DNA from: an uncultured delta proteobacterium
GTDB taxonomy: Bacteria > Desulfobacterota > Syntrophobacteria > BM002
Direction of reading: 5' to 3'
Length of the DNA stretch: 64,000 bases
NCBI GenBank assembly: GCA_963712115.1
Contig: CAVQGX010000031.1
Span: forward strand, 192,001 to 256,000
Every line of letters begins with the position of its first letter. The first letter of the stretch is position 1. A program made the translations under genes and the position numbers. Positions 17,225 to 27,375 of the stretch are shown here, in pieces. The notes under the pieces are model-generated. The model was not told the origin of the DNA, ran no database searches, and was given only the letters and a program-made list of their open reading frames with translations.

Positions 17225-18505
17225 ATGGATAGGCAGCAGCAAGTAGAAGCACTTGCAACTTCTTGGAAAACTGACCGACGGTGGCAAGGAATCCAAAGGA
17301 CCTATTCGCCTGAAGATGTGATCAGGCTCCGCAGTTCAGTTCAAATAGAATACACCCTTGCCCGGTTGGGGGCTGAGAGGCTCTGGCATCTGATGCATAC
17401 AGAACCTTTCGTCCGCGCCTTGGGAGCACTGACTGGCAATCAAGCGGTGCAGCAGGTTTTGGCTGGGTTGAAGGCAATTTACCTAAGTGGCTGGCAAGTT
17501 GCCGCTGACGCCAATACTGCCGGTCAAACTTATCCGGACCAGAGTCTATACCCGGCCGACAGTGTCCCAACAGTGGTCAGAAAGGTAAACAATGCCTTGC
17601 TCAGGGCTGATCAGCTGCAACATCTACACAGCAAAGGGGATATCTATTGGTTTGCCCCTATTGTCGCAGATATTGAGGCTGGTTTTGGCGGGCCGCTCAA
17701 TACTTTTGAAATAACCAAGGCCTGCATCGACGCCGGTGCGGCAGCCGTTCACCTGGAAGATCAGATATCCTCTTTGAAGAAATGCGGTCACATGGGCGGC
17801 AAGGTTCTGGCCCCAGCCTCGGAGTATCTGCGGAAGTTCGTGGCTGCCCGGCTCGCCGCCGACGTGCTTGGCGTGCCCACGGTGCTGGTAGCGAGGACAG
17901 ATGCCAACGGAGCCCGACTGACCCGAACCGACATCGACCCCCTTGACCATCCATTTTTAACTGGAAAGAGAACGGTAGAGGGTTACTTCGAGGTGAGGGG
18001 TGGGCTGGGACTCGCTATTGCCAGGGCTCTGGCCTATGCGCCCTATGCCGATGTCATCTGGTGTGAGACCTCCACTCCGGATCTGGGAGAAGCGCGGGAA
18101 TTTGCCCAGGCTATTCACGAAAAGTTTCCCAATAAGCTACTCGCCTACAACTGCTCACCATCTTTTAACTGGAGAAGGCACCTGGATGAGGCCACAATAA
18201 GTGGATTCCAAGAAGAACTGGGCGGTATGGGATACAAGTTTCAATTTGTCACCCTGGCAGGTTTCCACGCCCTGAATGCCTCCATGTTTGAGTTGGCTCA
18301 CGGTTACAAGGACGAGGGAATGGCTGCCTATTCCCGCCTGCAGGAACACGAATTCGAGATGGAGCGCGAAAGGGGTTACAGCGCGGTCAAACACCAAAGC
18401 TTTGTGGGTGCTGGGTATTATGATGAGGTTCAAAATGTGATTACTGGGGGCGAGACCTCCACCGCAGCCCTAACAGGCTCCACTGAAGAAGACCAGTTTG
18501 AGTAA
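17225..18505 (+). CDS. aceA: Isocitrate lyase
   Basis: [51 protein letters not shown]; ATG 17225 follows GGAGGT. Confidence 0.97.
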   Translation: MDRQQQVEALATSWKTDRRWQGIQRTYSPEDVIRLRSSVQIEYTLARLGAERLWHLMHTEPFVRALGALTGNQAVQQVLAGLKAIYLSGWQVAADANTAGQTYPDQSLYPADSVPTVVRKVNNALLRADQLQHLHSKGDIYWFAPIVADIEAGFGGPLNTFEITKACIDAGAAAVHLEDQISSLKKCGHMGGKVLAPASEYLRKFVAARLAADVLGVPTVLVARTDANGARLTRTDIDPLDHPFLTGKRTVEGYFEVRGGLGLAIARALAYAPYADVIWCETSTPDLGEAREFAQAIHEKFPNKLLAYNCSPSFNWRRHLDEATISGFQEELGGMGYKFQFVTLAGFHALNASMFELAHGYKDEGMAAYSRLQEHEFEMERERGYSAVKHQSFVGAGYYDEVQNVITGGETSTAALTGSTEEDQFE

Positions 18506-18669
18506 ACTACTAGGCAATTTTCGATTTCGGATTGCGGATTGCGGATTGCGGATTTGAGAGGGCATAGGGCATGGAGCATGGGGCATAGGGTTCAAAAACT
18601 TAGAGATCCAAAAATCCCCTGTCGTCTGACTTCTGACCTCCGATTTCTTTGTATTTTGGTGCCTAGTGT

Positions 18670-20409
18670 TTAGTGCCTAGTGTGCCATAACCGCTTGTTT
18701 TGCTCGTATGGAAAAATGTCCATTATTGTTCGTGCTTTGATTCGGGCCTGAATCTGATGCCAGAAATCCACCCCAAATAAATCTGAATGCTCCTGCCAGA
18801 ATAGATCCTTCAAATCTCCCTTTAGTCCCAAAAAATAACTGAACTCCTCGGGGAAAATGTCATTCTCACCAACATTAAACCACGGCTCGTCAGATAATTC
18901 GTCCTCGTAGCTTCTCGAGGGGGGCATAACCCGGAAAGTGCAATCAGACAAGAAAGAAAGTTCGTCGTAATCGTAGAATACCACCCTGTCGTGGCGAGTA
19001 ACCCCGAAATTTTTCAGGAGCATGTCACCCGGAAAGATATTTGTGGCCGCCAGGTCTTTGATCGCTTGACCGTAATCTATAATGGCTGCCCGGGCTTTGA
19101 CCTCATCAACCTCGCTCAGGTATACGTTTAGAGGAGTCACTCGCCTCTCTACATAGGCATGCTTGATAATCACGTGATCATCATTTACCTCCACGCTTCC
19201 TCCAGCCACACGTTGGAGTTGTTCTAATAGATCTTCTGAAAATCGGCTGCGGTCAAACTTCAGATGTTCAAATTCTTGCGCATCCACCAGGCGGCCGGCA
19301 CGGTCATGTTTGAACACCAGATAATACTTGGCCATCACCTCTTCCCGAGTTGTGTGCTTGTTGGGTGGGAAGCGGTCTTTAATCACCTTAAAAACCACAT
19401 CGTAATCTGGCATGGTGAATACCTCCATTACCATGCCTCTTTCGCCCTCTGCTATTTCGAACTTCTCTTTGGAAGAGTCAAGATGTTGCAGCAAATCGCA
19501 GTATAATTCGGACTTGCCATGTTTGTTGTACCCTATAGAGATGTAGAGCTCTGCAACTCGTTTTCGAGGCATAATAGACTTGAGGAAACTGACTAACTCT
19601 GCAGGTCTTCTGATATTGACCTGAAAATAGGATCGAGTAAAACTGAACAAAATGCTGACTTCGTTTTCGTCCAAGAGCACGGCATCAACTAGCATGCCTG
19701 CAGGAGTGTTGAGCAAAGCGAGCACAAGGGGAAAATCATGTGAAGCGGTGAAAAATCTGCCAACCAGGTAAGCTCCTTTACCTCGAAAAAGAACGGAGGA
19801 TAGCATATCGATTTTTTGGATAGAGCTGGAACTTCCAGCCTTGCTGAGGTGATCTTCTATTTTGGCGGCCACCAACTGGGCATCACGTCTGAGGTCTTCA
19901 TAAGCCACAGCAAAATTGTAATCCCTGAGTATAGTCTCGATCAAAGCAGCAGTTGTCTGCGGACTGGTGTAAGAGCGATAAACTGGTTGACTGATCTGGA
20001 CAGGTTGGGTTCTGGAACAGGTGTCGACGAATTCAATCTGAGGATTGACGCCAACCGTGGCAAAGACTCTTCTGGTGATAGAATTGAAGAAAGTCTCTGC
20101 AAGTTCCCAAAGATCCACTTTGGCGACCAGTTCAGCATAGACAACTTTCGCTCTCATCCATAGCTCAGGGTCATTGACTCTTCCGCCAAGCAGTCGTTTG
20201 ATCTCAACAACAGTTTCATCCACCACTTTTTTATACAGGTCCAGCCGCTCTCCTGCATCAGCTTGGATGCCGGGCCAGTCCCTGTTTTCAAAGCGCGCCT
20301 TGGCCCTCTGAGTAATCGCAGCATATTGCCCTTGGTATGAATCAAAAGCTTGGCGGATGGCTTTGGCAGCCAGCTCGGACAGGTTGTTAGTGGCTAAATC
20401 ATTCGTCAT
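18670..20409 (-). CDS. aceK: Isocitrate dehydrogenase kinase/phosphatase
   Basis: ELAETFFNSITRR, FSFTRSYF, GYNKHGKSELY, GMVM, HDRAGRLVDAQEF, NIFPGDMLLKNFGVTRH, VVFYDYDE. Confidence 0.95.
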   Translation of the reverse strand: MTNDLATNNLSELAAKAIRQAFDSYQGQYAAITQRAKARFENRDWPGIQADAGERLDLYKKVVDETVVEIKRLLGGRVNDPELWMRAKVVYAELVAKVDLWELAETFFNSITRRVFATVGVNPQIEFVDTCSRTQPVQISQPVYRSYTSPQTTAALIETILRDYNFAVAYEDLRRDAQLVAAKIEDHLSKAGSSSSIQKIDMLSSVLFRGKGAYLVGRFFTASHDFPLVLALLNTPAGMLVDAVLLDENEVSILFSFTRSYFQVNIRRPAELVSFLKSIMPRKRVAELYISIGYNKHGKSELYCDLLQHLDSSKEKFEIAEGERGMVMEVFTMPDYDVVFKVIKDRFPPNKHTTREEVMAKYYLVFKHDRAGRLVDAQEFEHLKFDRSRFSEDLLEQLQRVAGGSVEVNDDHVIIKHAYVERRVTPLNVYLSEVDEVKARAAIIDYGQAIKDLAATNIFPGDMLLKNFGVTRHDRVVFYDYDELSFLSDCTFRVMPPSRSYEDELSDEPWFNVGENDIFPEEFSYFLGLKGDLKDLFWQEHSDLFGVDFWHQIQARIKARTIMDIFPYEQNKRLWHTRH

Positions 20410-20594
20410 AGAGCCTAAACCTTATAAGCACTTCAGAATGAGGTTCTAGATTGCAAATAACGCCTATTTATTTAGCTCCGCATGATAACTATATGTCCCC
20501 TCTCCCCTCAAGACAGTGTATCGAAATTCGTCATCCCGGCCAAGTCCGGCGGCGGCGGACTCGTCCGGAATGACGGCTTTGGGGGCAGAGAAAT

Positions 20595-20630
20595 AAAAAA
20601 GCCGCACTTAGGCAGTTTCCCACGTGCGGC
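20595..20630 (-). terminator. Probable intrinsic terminator of the CsgG-like gene
   Basis: GCCGCAC...GTGCGGC stem followed by T6 on the minus strand. Confidence 0.55.
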
Positions 20631-20660
20631 ACCTTCTTATTTGTGTTTTGTTGAAATTAA

Positions 20661-21329
20661 TCAGTTCAGTTCGATGTAGATCCTTGACATTACATCATCA
20701 ATAGCCATGCGCATGGACTCAGTAGCCTTCTTTTCGTCGTAGCTTTCCCCACCACCGAAGCCCAAAACGCTAACAGCTCTGCTTCTCAACGCGCCGGAGC
20801 CGGTATCAGCAAAAACAATCTCGCCAGTCTGCACGTTCACCGCCCGTAAGTCCACGGTTGCCCTGTAGTGATGCTTTCCCACAGAGAAGTAACCAGCGCC
20901 GTGGGCACCTGATTTTGCCACGCCAAACTCGGTTACCGCTCCGGTAACGATATATTTGGCCCCCACAAGTTTGCCGATCTGGACTGCGGTAGACATGTCA
21001 ACAGCGCCACTCATCTGCAGTTTCTGCTCTTTCATTATGGCATTGAGCCTATCGCGCTCGTAGACCTTGTACTTTTTGGTTTTTACCAGCGCGGTGATGA
21101 GCATGTCGGAGGCCCCCTGCCCGACCCGCCAGTCGTGGCCAGGAACCTTGGTTTCGAAGTCCATAACCACAATTGGTATTTTCTTCCCAGTGTAATTGTA
21201 AGCGGGCAAAGTCCTGGGAGTGGCTTCTTCATCTTCTTTAGTCTCTTTGCCCGAACCGGCACAGCCCAAAACAAAGAAAAAAGCTACAATGAGTCCTACC
21301 AGCAAAAAGGTTCTTCTTCTCTTCAACAT
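20661..21329 (-). CDS. CsgG/HfaB-like lipoprotein
   Basis: Lipobox VLGC; YKVYERDRLNAIMKEQKLQMSG...IGKLVGAKYIVTGAVTEF...VDLRAVNVQTGEI. Confidence 0.8.
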   Translation of the reverse strand: MLKRRRTFLLVGLIVAFFFVLGCAGSGKETKEDEEATPRTLPAYNYTGKKIPIVVMDFETKVPGHDWRVGQGASDMLITALVKTKKYKVYERDRLNAIMKEQKLQMSGAVDMSTAVQIGKLVGAKYIVTGAVTEFGVAKSGAHGAGYFSVGKHHYRATVDLRAVNVQTGEIVFADTGSGALRSRAVSVLGFGGGESYDEKKATESMRMAIDDVMSRIYIELN

Positions 21330-21406
21330 AGGCCCTCTCCTTGTTGAGTTGAACTAAGATAAGAAAACAAGAATACTTTTAAGAACTGAATGTAAAGTGC
21401 TGTCAA

Positions 21407-21422
21407 AGCACTTTTAGTGCCA
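21407..21422 (-). promoter_or_regulatory. Possible sigma54 promoter of the CsgG-like gene
   Basis: Minus strand TGGCACT-AAAA-GTGCT, with GG and GC correctly spaced. Confidence 0.35.
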
Positions 21423-21463
21423 ACCTTAACACATCATGCTCCTAGGGGTCAAAAGCTAAAAGT

Positions 21464-22990
21464 CTATAAGCCTATGATTCTATAGATGCTGGACATATCC
21501 AGGTGATTGCGGAGGTGGGTGGCCAGTTTGTTGTATTGCTCTTCCTTCCAGTGGTGGAAAGATCTGAGTCTCTCTTTGGTGGGAACCAGATCATCACCCC
21601 TTAGAAACCGACTAATGAGGCGATGCCTCAAGCCATCGTTATCAAACAAGCCGTGCACATAAGTTCCCCATACGCGACCATCCTCTGAGACCAGGCCGTC
21701 TTGAACCCTTACCGGTCTGGAGTTACGTTCTGAAATCTCAAGGAGTGCGGTGGCGGATCCCAGAGTTCTGCTCCGCCCCATGTGTATCTCATAACCTCGT
21801 ATCTCCTCGTCTGGACCGGCCAGCTCTTGCCAAAGTACCCTAGCCTTAACCTGGGTAGTCACCTTGTCTCCCAGGAGTTCTGTCTCCATTTCCAGCAAGC
21901 CCAAGCCGGCAACCTCTTGCAGGTCGCTTTCCACGCCCATGGGATCCAACACCTTTTGGCCCAGCATTTGATACCCCCCACAGATGCCCACAACTGTGCC
22001 GCCCCGGGCATAAAATGCAATGATAGCCTCAGCGAGACCCTGGTTCTGCAAATAGCGCAGATCGTTTAGAGTATTTTTGCTGCCGGGCAAAATAACCAGG
22101 TCCATCTCAAATACTTGCTCAGGAGCAATGAAGTAGGTCAAGTTAACAGATGGTTCCTGCTCCAGGCTGTCAAAGTCCGTGTAGTTGGAAATGTGGGGCA
22201 GTCGAATAACACCAATTCGTACCTGCCCCTCTGGTCTTTTTTTTGCCTCCCGAATCTTCAGATCCAGGGCGACGCTGTCTTCCTCCGGGATGTGAATATC
22301 ATTAAAGTAGTGCACCAAACCCAAAACCGGTCTTTCGGTACGAGCCTCTATAAATTCCAGCCCTGAGCGCAGCAGGGAGGGATCGCCTCGAAACTTGTTT
22401 ATGATGAAACCCTTTATCAGTTCACGCTCTGGGGGAGTGAAAAGCTCCATATGTCCAACTATACTTGCAAAAACTCCTCCTCGATCTATGTCTGCCACCA
22501 AAATTACTGGGGCTGACACCCGCTCAGCCATAGAGAGGTTGACCAGATCCTTGTCTCTGAGGTTTATCTCGGCAGCACTGCCTGCTCCCTCCATTACCAG
22601 GACCTCGTATTTACTCTCCAACCGGCCATAGCTTTCCATGACCTGCGCCACCAGATCAGGTTTCTTTCTGTAATACTCCTCAGCGGTGAAATTACCCAGG
22701 ACCTTACCCTGCAGTATGACCTGGGAGCCTACGTTGGAGGTGGGCTTTAACAGGATCGGATTCATATCAATATGGGGCTCAATTCCTGCGGCCTCTGCTT
22801 GTACTACTTGAGCCCGGCCCATTTCACCACCTTCCGGGGTGATGAAAGAGTTTAGTGCCATGTTCTGAGCCTTAAACGGAGCCACCCTGTAGCCGTCTTG
22901 TTTTAGAATGCGGCAGAGCCCAGCCACCAGGATTGACTTGCCCACATCCGACCCGGTTCCCAGTATCATCAGGTTTTTTGCTCTAGGCAT
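21464..22990 (-). CDS. cbiP: Cobyric acid synthase
   Basis: GTGSDVGKS, FKAQNMALNS, MNPILLKP, SNYTDFD, GICGGYQMLG, GYEIHMG, GTYVHGLF (CbiP/CobQ). Confidence 0.95.
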   Translation of the reverse strand: MPRAKNLMILGTGSDVGKSILVAGLCRILKQDGYRVAPFKAQNMALNSFITPEGGEMGRAQVVQAEAAGIEPHIDMNPILLKPTSNVGSQVILQGKVLGNFTAEEYYRKKPDLVAQVMESYGRLESKYEVLVMEGAGSAAEINLRDKDLVNLSMAERVSAPVILVADIDRGGVFASIVGHMELFTPPERELIKGFIINKFRGDPSLLRSGLEFIEARTERPVLGLVHYFNDIHIPEEDSVALDLKIREAKKRPEGQVRIGVIRLPHISNYTDFDSLEQEPSVNLTYFIAPEQVFEMDLVILPGSKNTLNDLRYLQNQGLAEAIIAFYARGGTVVGICGGYQMLGQKVLDPMGVESDLQEVAGLGLLEMETELLGDKVTTQVKARVLWQELAGPDEEIRGYEIHMGRSRTLGSATALLEISERNSRPVRVQDGLVSEDGRVWGTYVHGLFDNDGLRHRLISRFLRGDDLVPTKERLRSFHHWKEEQYNKLATHLRNHLDMSSIYRIIGL

Positions 22991-23015
22991 GATCTTTGTT
23001 CTCCAGACTTTTCAA

Positions 23016-23303
23016 TCTCTCACAGAGCTCACAGAGAACTCAGAGAGCTCTTGAATATTAAAGCAGTGAGGTTGATTTGGTCCAGGAGAAGATCGCTTAA
23101 AGGCTAAATGGAGAGAGCCTGAAGCCAGGAACAAGCTTGCTTATTCCTGGCTTTCTGGGCCTCTCCATTTGTCCCGATAGCCATATGGGGACGCCCTGCT
23201 TTGCAGGGCTTTTTAAGCGATCCGGCTACATCCCCTAGTATCTTTTTCTCTGAGCCCTCTGAGGACTCGAGCGAGCCCGCAGAGCGGGTGAGCGGGCGAG
23301 AGC
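23016..23303. mobile_element. Putative non-autonomous element, copy 2 of the 16594-17072 family
   Basis: TCTCACAGAGCTCACAGAG left end, GAGCGGGCGAGAG right end, homologous multi-stem core at 23091-23222. Confidence 0.5.
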
Positions 23304-23305
23304 CT

Positions 23306-24382
23306 CTAAAGTGCGGTCAAAAGCACATATGCTATGCCTACAATGACAATGCTGATCACTCTCAGCGTTTGCCCCAAAGCAATGAGCAGAATGCCGAGTT
23401 TGGGTCTGAATATCCCCATGTAATAGGGAAGCTGATGTCTCAGTGCTCTCACCGGTGTTGCTACCACATTTCCCAAGATCAAGGCGATAACCGTCTCCCT
23501 AATTGATAAAGTACCCGCATCCAGAAGAGCCCCTGCTGCTGCGAAACCGGAAGTGAACTCTGCTACCAAGCTGAAAATTACCACGCTCATTGCCTCCAGC
23601 GGTACCACAGCGGAGGTAATACCCCCTGCAAGCTTCAAGCGCAACCAGGTAAAAAAGCCTAACTGGCTGACTATCATAACCACCACGTAGACCGGAATTA
23701 CCAGCAGCATAATCCTTTGCAATCTTTTGAGGAACTTTTGCCAGGTGTCCTGCAAAATAGTCTTCCAAGATTGTCCTTCTCTCTTTTCTGCAGCCATTTC
23801 CAGGGGACGGGGCGAGAGTGTCAACCTCGAGTAAATCACCAGACCCGCCGTGCGTAACAAGGCGGCAACCAGGGTCAGAAGGAGGTACAGAAGCCCGGCC
23901 AAACCTGCCAGGGGAAGGATGATAAAAAACGTTGTAGGTAGATGAAGAAAATAGGCCGGCAAGCCGTTCAGCAGGCTGGTCAGAATCACTTCCTTTCTAC
24001 CAAGCTTGCCTTCCTCGTGGAAGGTAACCAACATGGCCTGAGCAGCTGTCCCGGAAACGAAGGCGGTGGTAAAAGAAGCTCCAGAGGAATCCGAAAGGTG
24101 GCCCCAGCGCATTAGCGGCCGGACAAGGGTTGAAAGGCGACCGGTCCAACCTGAGGCTTCAATAATTTGTCCGGCAAAAAGCCCTAAAGAAATTAGGAGA
24201 GTCATTCGTAGAAGCGGCTTGCCCAACCGTTTCCACAGAAAGGAGGGATCGCCAAAGGACGAAGATATGGCCGGATTGGCAAAAAAGAAAACCAGAAATG
24301 CCAGGAGCAAAAGAGCGGCAAGGATAACGTACAACAGCCAGGGTGAAGTCCTCTTCTTTGCTTTCGAATTGCCACTTTTCAT
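23306..24382 (-). CDS. Nucleoside-recognition/Gate-domain membrane protein in the cobalamin operon
   Basis: Polytopic; RPLMRWGHL...FTTAFVSG and RALRHQLPYYMGIF patterns; lies between cbiL and cbiP. Confidence 0.6.
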   Translation of the reverse strand: MKSGNSKAKKRTSPWLLYVILAALLLLAFLVFFFANPAISSSFGDPSFLWKRLGKPLLRMTLLISLGLFAGQIIEASGWTGRLSTLVRPLMRWGHLSDSSGASFTTAFVSGTAAQAMLVTFHEEGKLGRKEVILTSLLNGLPAYFLHLPTTFFIILPLAGLAGLLYLLLTLVAALLRTAGLVIYSRLTLSPRPLEMAAEKREGQSWKTILQDTWQKFLKRLQRIMLLVIPVYVVVMIVSQLGFFTWLRLKLAGGITSAVVPLEAMSVVIFSLVAEFTSGFAAAGALLDAGTLSIRETVIALILGNVVATPVRALRHQLPYYMGIFRPKLGILLIALGQTLRVISIVIVGIAYVLLTAL

Positions 24383-24424
24383 TCGTCATTTCTTCGAGAT
24401 CGCTGCGCTCGGCTTTCATTCATA

Positions 24425-24589
24425 GTCATTTGGCCACGGAAAGTGGCCGTCACTACGCTACGCTGTCAATATGCCTTCAGCGTCATTTATGGTCATTAGG
24501 TCAATCTACGCTGTCATTCATAGTTAACTGTCATTGTAGAGTCGAAACAACTTAATGACGGCGAAGCCAAGTGGCGCGAAGCAAATGAC
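24425..24589 (+). repeat. GTCATT...AATGAC modular repeat (MITE-like), copy 1 of 3
   Basis: GTCATTTGGCCAC-GAAAGTGGCCGTCACTACGCTACGCTGTCAATATGCC... recurs at 46498-46735 and inverted at 56822-57017. Confidence 0.8.
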
Positions 24590-24630
24590 CCAACAGTGCC
24601 TAGTTGAAATGGCTGCCAGTTGCCGGCTGC

Positions 24631-25350
24631 CTAATGACCTTTCTTCTCTTTCTTTACTATCATCAGCGAAAGATAAGGAACCTTCTTGCCCCGGAGTTCC
24701 TCCGGATTCTTGCAGATTACCTGATCCTCCATGCCGCATCGAGAAACGAGCGTGGCCCGCCCCTTCATTCCCAACTCCTCCAGTGTGTCCAGTATTTTGT
24801 CGAAATGCCTATAGACCTTTAGCATTATTACGCAGTCTACCTTGTTGATCACCTCCTTGAGTTGCTCGCCTCCCTTTGAGCCTGAGATTACACAGAAGGT
24901 CTGCTCCTGGGCGGCCATTATTTCTTGAGCAGCTGCAGTAGCAGCTTGATAGGAGGTAACACCAGGGATCACACACACGGGCACTTCCGGGGCCATCTCC
25001 TGGATGGTTTCCATGATGTATCCAAAGGTTGAGTAAGTGAGGGGATCACCAATGGTGATGAATGCCACGTCCTTTCCCTGTTGGACGAAAGCCAGAATCC
25101 GACGGGCGTTTTCCTCCCAAGCTTTATCCAAGATCTCCTGGTCGCGAGTCATTGGGAAACTGAGTCTTACGACCTCTGCACCGTTCAGCATGTGGGATTT
25201 GGCATTCTCTAGTGCCAGAGAGTATTCGTTCTTACTCGAGGACGCAGCAAAAATTACCTTCACCTGGTTAAGCACTTTCACCGCTTTAAGGGTGATAAGT
25301 TCCGGATCACCAGGTCCAACACCTACTCCGTATAAAGTTCCAGGCTTCAT
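24631..25350 (-). CDS. cbiL: Cobalt-precorrin-2 C20-methyltransferase
   Basis: LYGVGVGPGDPELITLKA, FPMTRD, GDPLTYSTF, IPGVTS. Confidence 0.92.
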   Translation of the reverse strand: MKPGTLYGVGVGPGDPELITLKAVKVLNQVKVIFAASSSKNEYSLALENAKSHMLNGAEVVRLSFPMTRDQEILDKAWEENARRILAFVQQGKDVAFITIGDPLTYSTFGYIMETIQEMAPEVPVCVIPGVTSYQAATAAAQEIMAAQEQTFCVISGSKGGEQLKEVINKVDCVIMLKVYRHFDKILDTLEELGMKGRATLVSRCGMEDQVICKNPEELRGKKVPYLSLMIVKKEKKGH

Positions 25351-25556
25351 AGTTTTTCCCCTCATCGTTAGCTTTAAATCTGGGGCAATAATTACTCTTC
25401 TAATCCCCTAAGGACGCGAATAAAGTAGATATGCGATGTGTGATGTGAGATTTGCGATAAAGACATCTTCTAACATCCCATATCGCACATCTCATATCCC
25501 ACATCCCTTAAGCCTTCGCTGGGAAAGCCCTTGACGCAGTTGACCTGCTCACTGCT

Positions 25557-26456
25557 TTACTTCGCCAGTTCTGGGTGGAGATAGGCGGCGAGTTTCTCCA
25601 CAGCTTCAACTGATCTGGGCCCTGGTCGAGAGAAAACATACTCGTCAACGAAAAATACCCGCCCTTGTTGAACAGCCTTGAGGACCTGAAAATTGGGCCG
25701 GGATTCAGGACTGCCGGGGTTACGGTTCATTGGTCCCTCCTGGACCACGTAGACATCCGGGTCGTAGTCTATAAGTGTTTCGATATTGATCCGCACAAGC
25801 TTTTTCTCATTGGGCAAGCAGTTAAGACCGCCTGCTTTCAAAATCACATCGTTGATAATAGATCCCTGTCCTGCCCCCAAAAGGTTTGGATAGCGCACCT
25901 CGAAAAACACTTTGGGCCGATCTTTGCTCTTGGCCAGCCTCAAATCGATTTGCCGTAGGCGACTGCTTTGTCCGTTAACTAACCCTTGCGCATTCGCCTC
26001 TTCGCCGGTGAGAATTCCCAACCTGTCAATCACCGAAAAAAGTTCTGCGAAATTCCTCGGCTGGAAAACAGCCACAGTGAAACCTTTCTGTTGTATCTGT
26101 CTGATCACCTCATGCCCATGTTTCCTTCCTACAGCATGAATAATCAGATCGGGCTGCAATCCCAGCACCAGTTCCATGTTTGGCCTAAGGTGTGTTCCTA
26201 CGCTAGGTTTGTCCAAAATGGAGGGCGGGAATCTGTCCGCCCTGGTCCTGGCTACCAATTTGTCACCTGCGCCGATGGCAAAGAGAATTTCACTGTATGC
26301 CCCGTAAAGGGAAATGATTCTTTGTGCCGGCTCCTTTAGGGCAATTACCTGCCCTAGGTCATCCGTCACCCGCACCTCCGCCTCAGTCATCTTCGGTAGA
26401 AACATGAAAGTCAAGGTCAGTATCAAAGCCATTATGTGTCGACCAAAATGTGACAT
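25557..26456 (-). CDS. BtuF-like corrinoid/metal-chelate ABC substrate-binding protein
   Basis: Signal peptide; TDDLG...PAQRIISL, RPGPRSVEAVE; riboswitch-controlled operon. Confidence 0.8.
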   Translation of the reverse strand: MSHFGRHIMALILTLTFMFLPKMTEAEVRVTDDLGQVIALKEPAQRIISLYGAYSEILFAIGAGDKLVARTRADRFPPSILDKPSVGTHLRPNMELVLGLQPDLIIHAVGRKHGHEVIRQIQQKGFTVAVFQPRNFAELFSVIDRLGILTGEEANAQGLVNGQSSRLRQIDLRLAKSKDRPKVFFEVRYPNLLGAGQGSIINDVILKAGGLNCLPNEKKLVRINIETLIDYDPDVYVVQEGPMNRNPGSPESRPNFQVLKAVQQGRVFFVDEYVFSRPGPRSVEAVEKLAAYLHPELAK

Positions 26457-26501
26457 CTTACTCCGCCGCCAAATCCTCAGTATATTCGTCCTTCGGCCTT
26501 A

Positions 26502-26579
26502 AACCACAAAGATCACAAAGCACACAAAGAAATAATATTTATCTTAATACATCTTCGTGCCCTTCGTGTCCTTCGTGGT
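26502..26579. repeat. Empty 9-bp-period inverted-repeat element of the family flanking the GxxExxY gene
   Basis: AACCACAAAGATCACAAAGCACACAAAG...CTTCGTGCCCTTCGTGTCCTTCGTGGT; it supplies the HHEGHEGHEDVLR tail and stop codon of the ATPase. Confidence 0.75.
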
Positions 26580-27375
26580 GAAAACCTGCCTGCTGCCCGC
26601 TGACTTTGCCCGGCACAAACATAGCCTGCGGTGCCCCGGTGTCGGGGTGTTCTATGATCTTCACCTCGGTTTGGTAAATGTTGGAAAGATTATCCGCGGT
26701 AAATGTCTCCAAGGTTGGACCATCAAGGCAAATTTGTCCGTCTTTTAAGAAAATCAACCTCTGGCAGTAGAGGGCAGCCAAATTCAGGTCGTGCATGGCA
26801 CAGATAAACGTACCATGTTGTTGATTCATTTCCAAAAAAAGATCAAACATCTGGACTTTATGGGCCACGTCAAGGTTGGCTGTGGCTTCATCCAGCAGCA
26901 TGATTGTTGCTTCTTGGGCCAAAGCCCTAGCAATAATCACCCGCTGGGCTTCTCCGCCGGAGACCTCGTTAATTCGCCGTTGTGCCAGATCCAGAGTGTC
27001 GGTGAGCCGCATAGCCTCAATGGCCTTGCTCAGATCATCTTCGCTGTTGGTGCCGAAGTCCCGTTGGTAGGGGTAGCGGCCCATAAGCACCACTTCGATG
27101 CATTTGAAAGGGAAGGAGATTTCCAGACGCTGAGGCACAGAAGCTTCAACCCGGGCCAATTCCCTGGTTGAATATGCAGCAAGATCACGTCCGGATACAA
27201 CAACCTTGCCAGCATGTAAGGGTACGACTCTGCTTAGACAATGGAGCAAAGTAGTCTTGCCGCTTCCATTAGGACCCAGCAAGCCGATGAGTTCACCCTC
27301 AGCAACATGAAAATCCAATCCGTGGAGCACTACAGTCTCACCATACTTTGCGGTTAAACTCTCCACCCTAATCAA
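26539..27375 (-). CDS. BtuD/FecE-like ABC ATPase
   Basis: GPNGSGKTT, VSGGEAQR, LLDEAT, MHDLNLAALYC. Confidence 0.88.
   Translation of the reverse strand: MIRVESLTAKYGETVVLHGLDFHVAEGELIGLLGPNGSGKTTLLHCLSRVVPLHAGKVVVSGRDLAAYSTRELARVEASVPQRLEISFPFKCIEVVLMGRYPYQRDFGTNSEDDLSKAIEAMRLTDTLDLAQRRINEVSGGEAQRVIIARALAQEATIMLLDEATANLDVAHKVQMFDLFLEMNQQHGTFICAMHDLNLAALYCQRLIFLKDGQICLDGPTLETFTADNLSNIYQTEVKIIEHPDTGAPQAMFVPGKVSGQQAGFHHEGHEGHEDVLR

Noticed and set aside
20530-20575. GTCATCCCGG...CCGGAATGAC palindrome as a regulatory site of aceK
   Set aside because: It looks like a generic REP-type palindrome (related GTCATTCTGAG at about 4622), with no evidence for a specific role.
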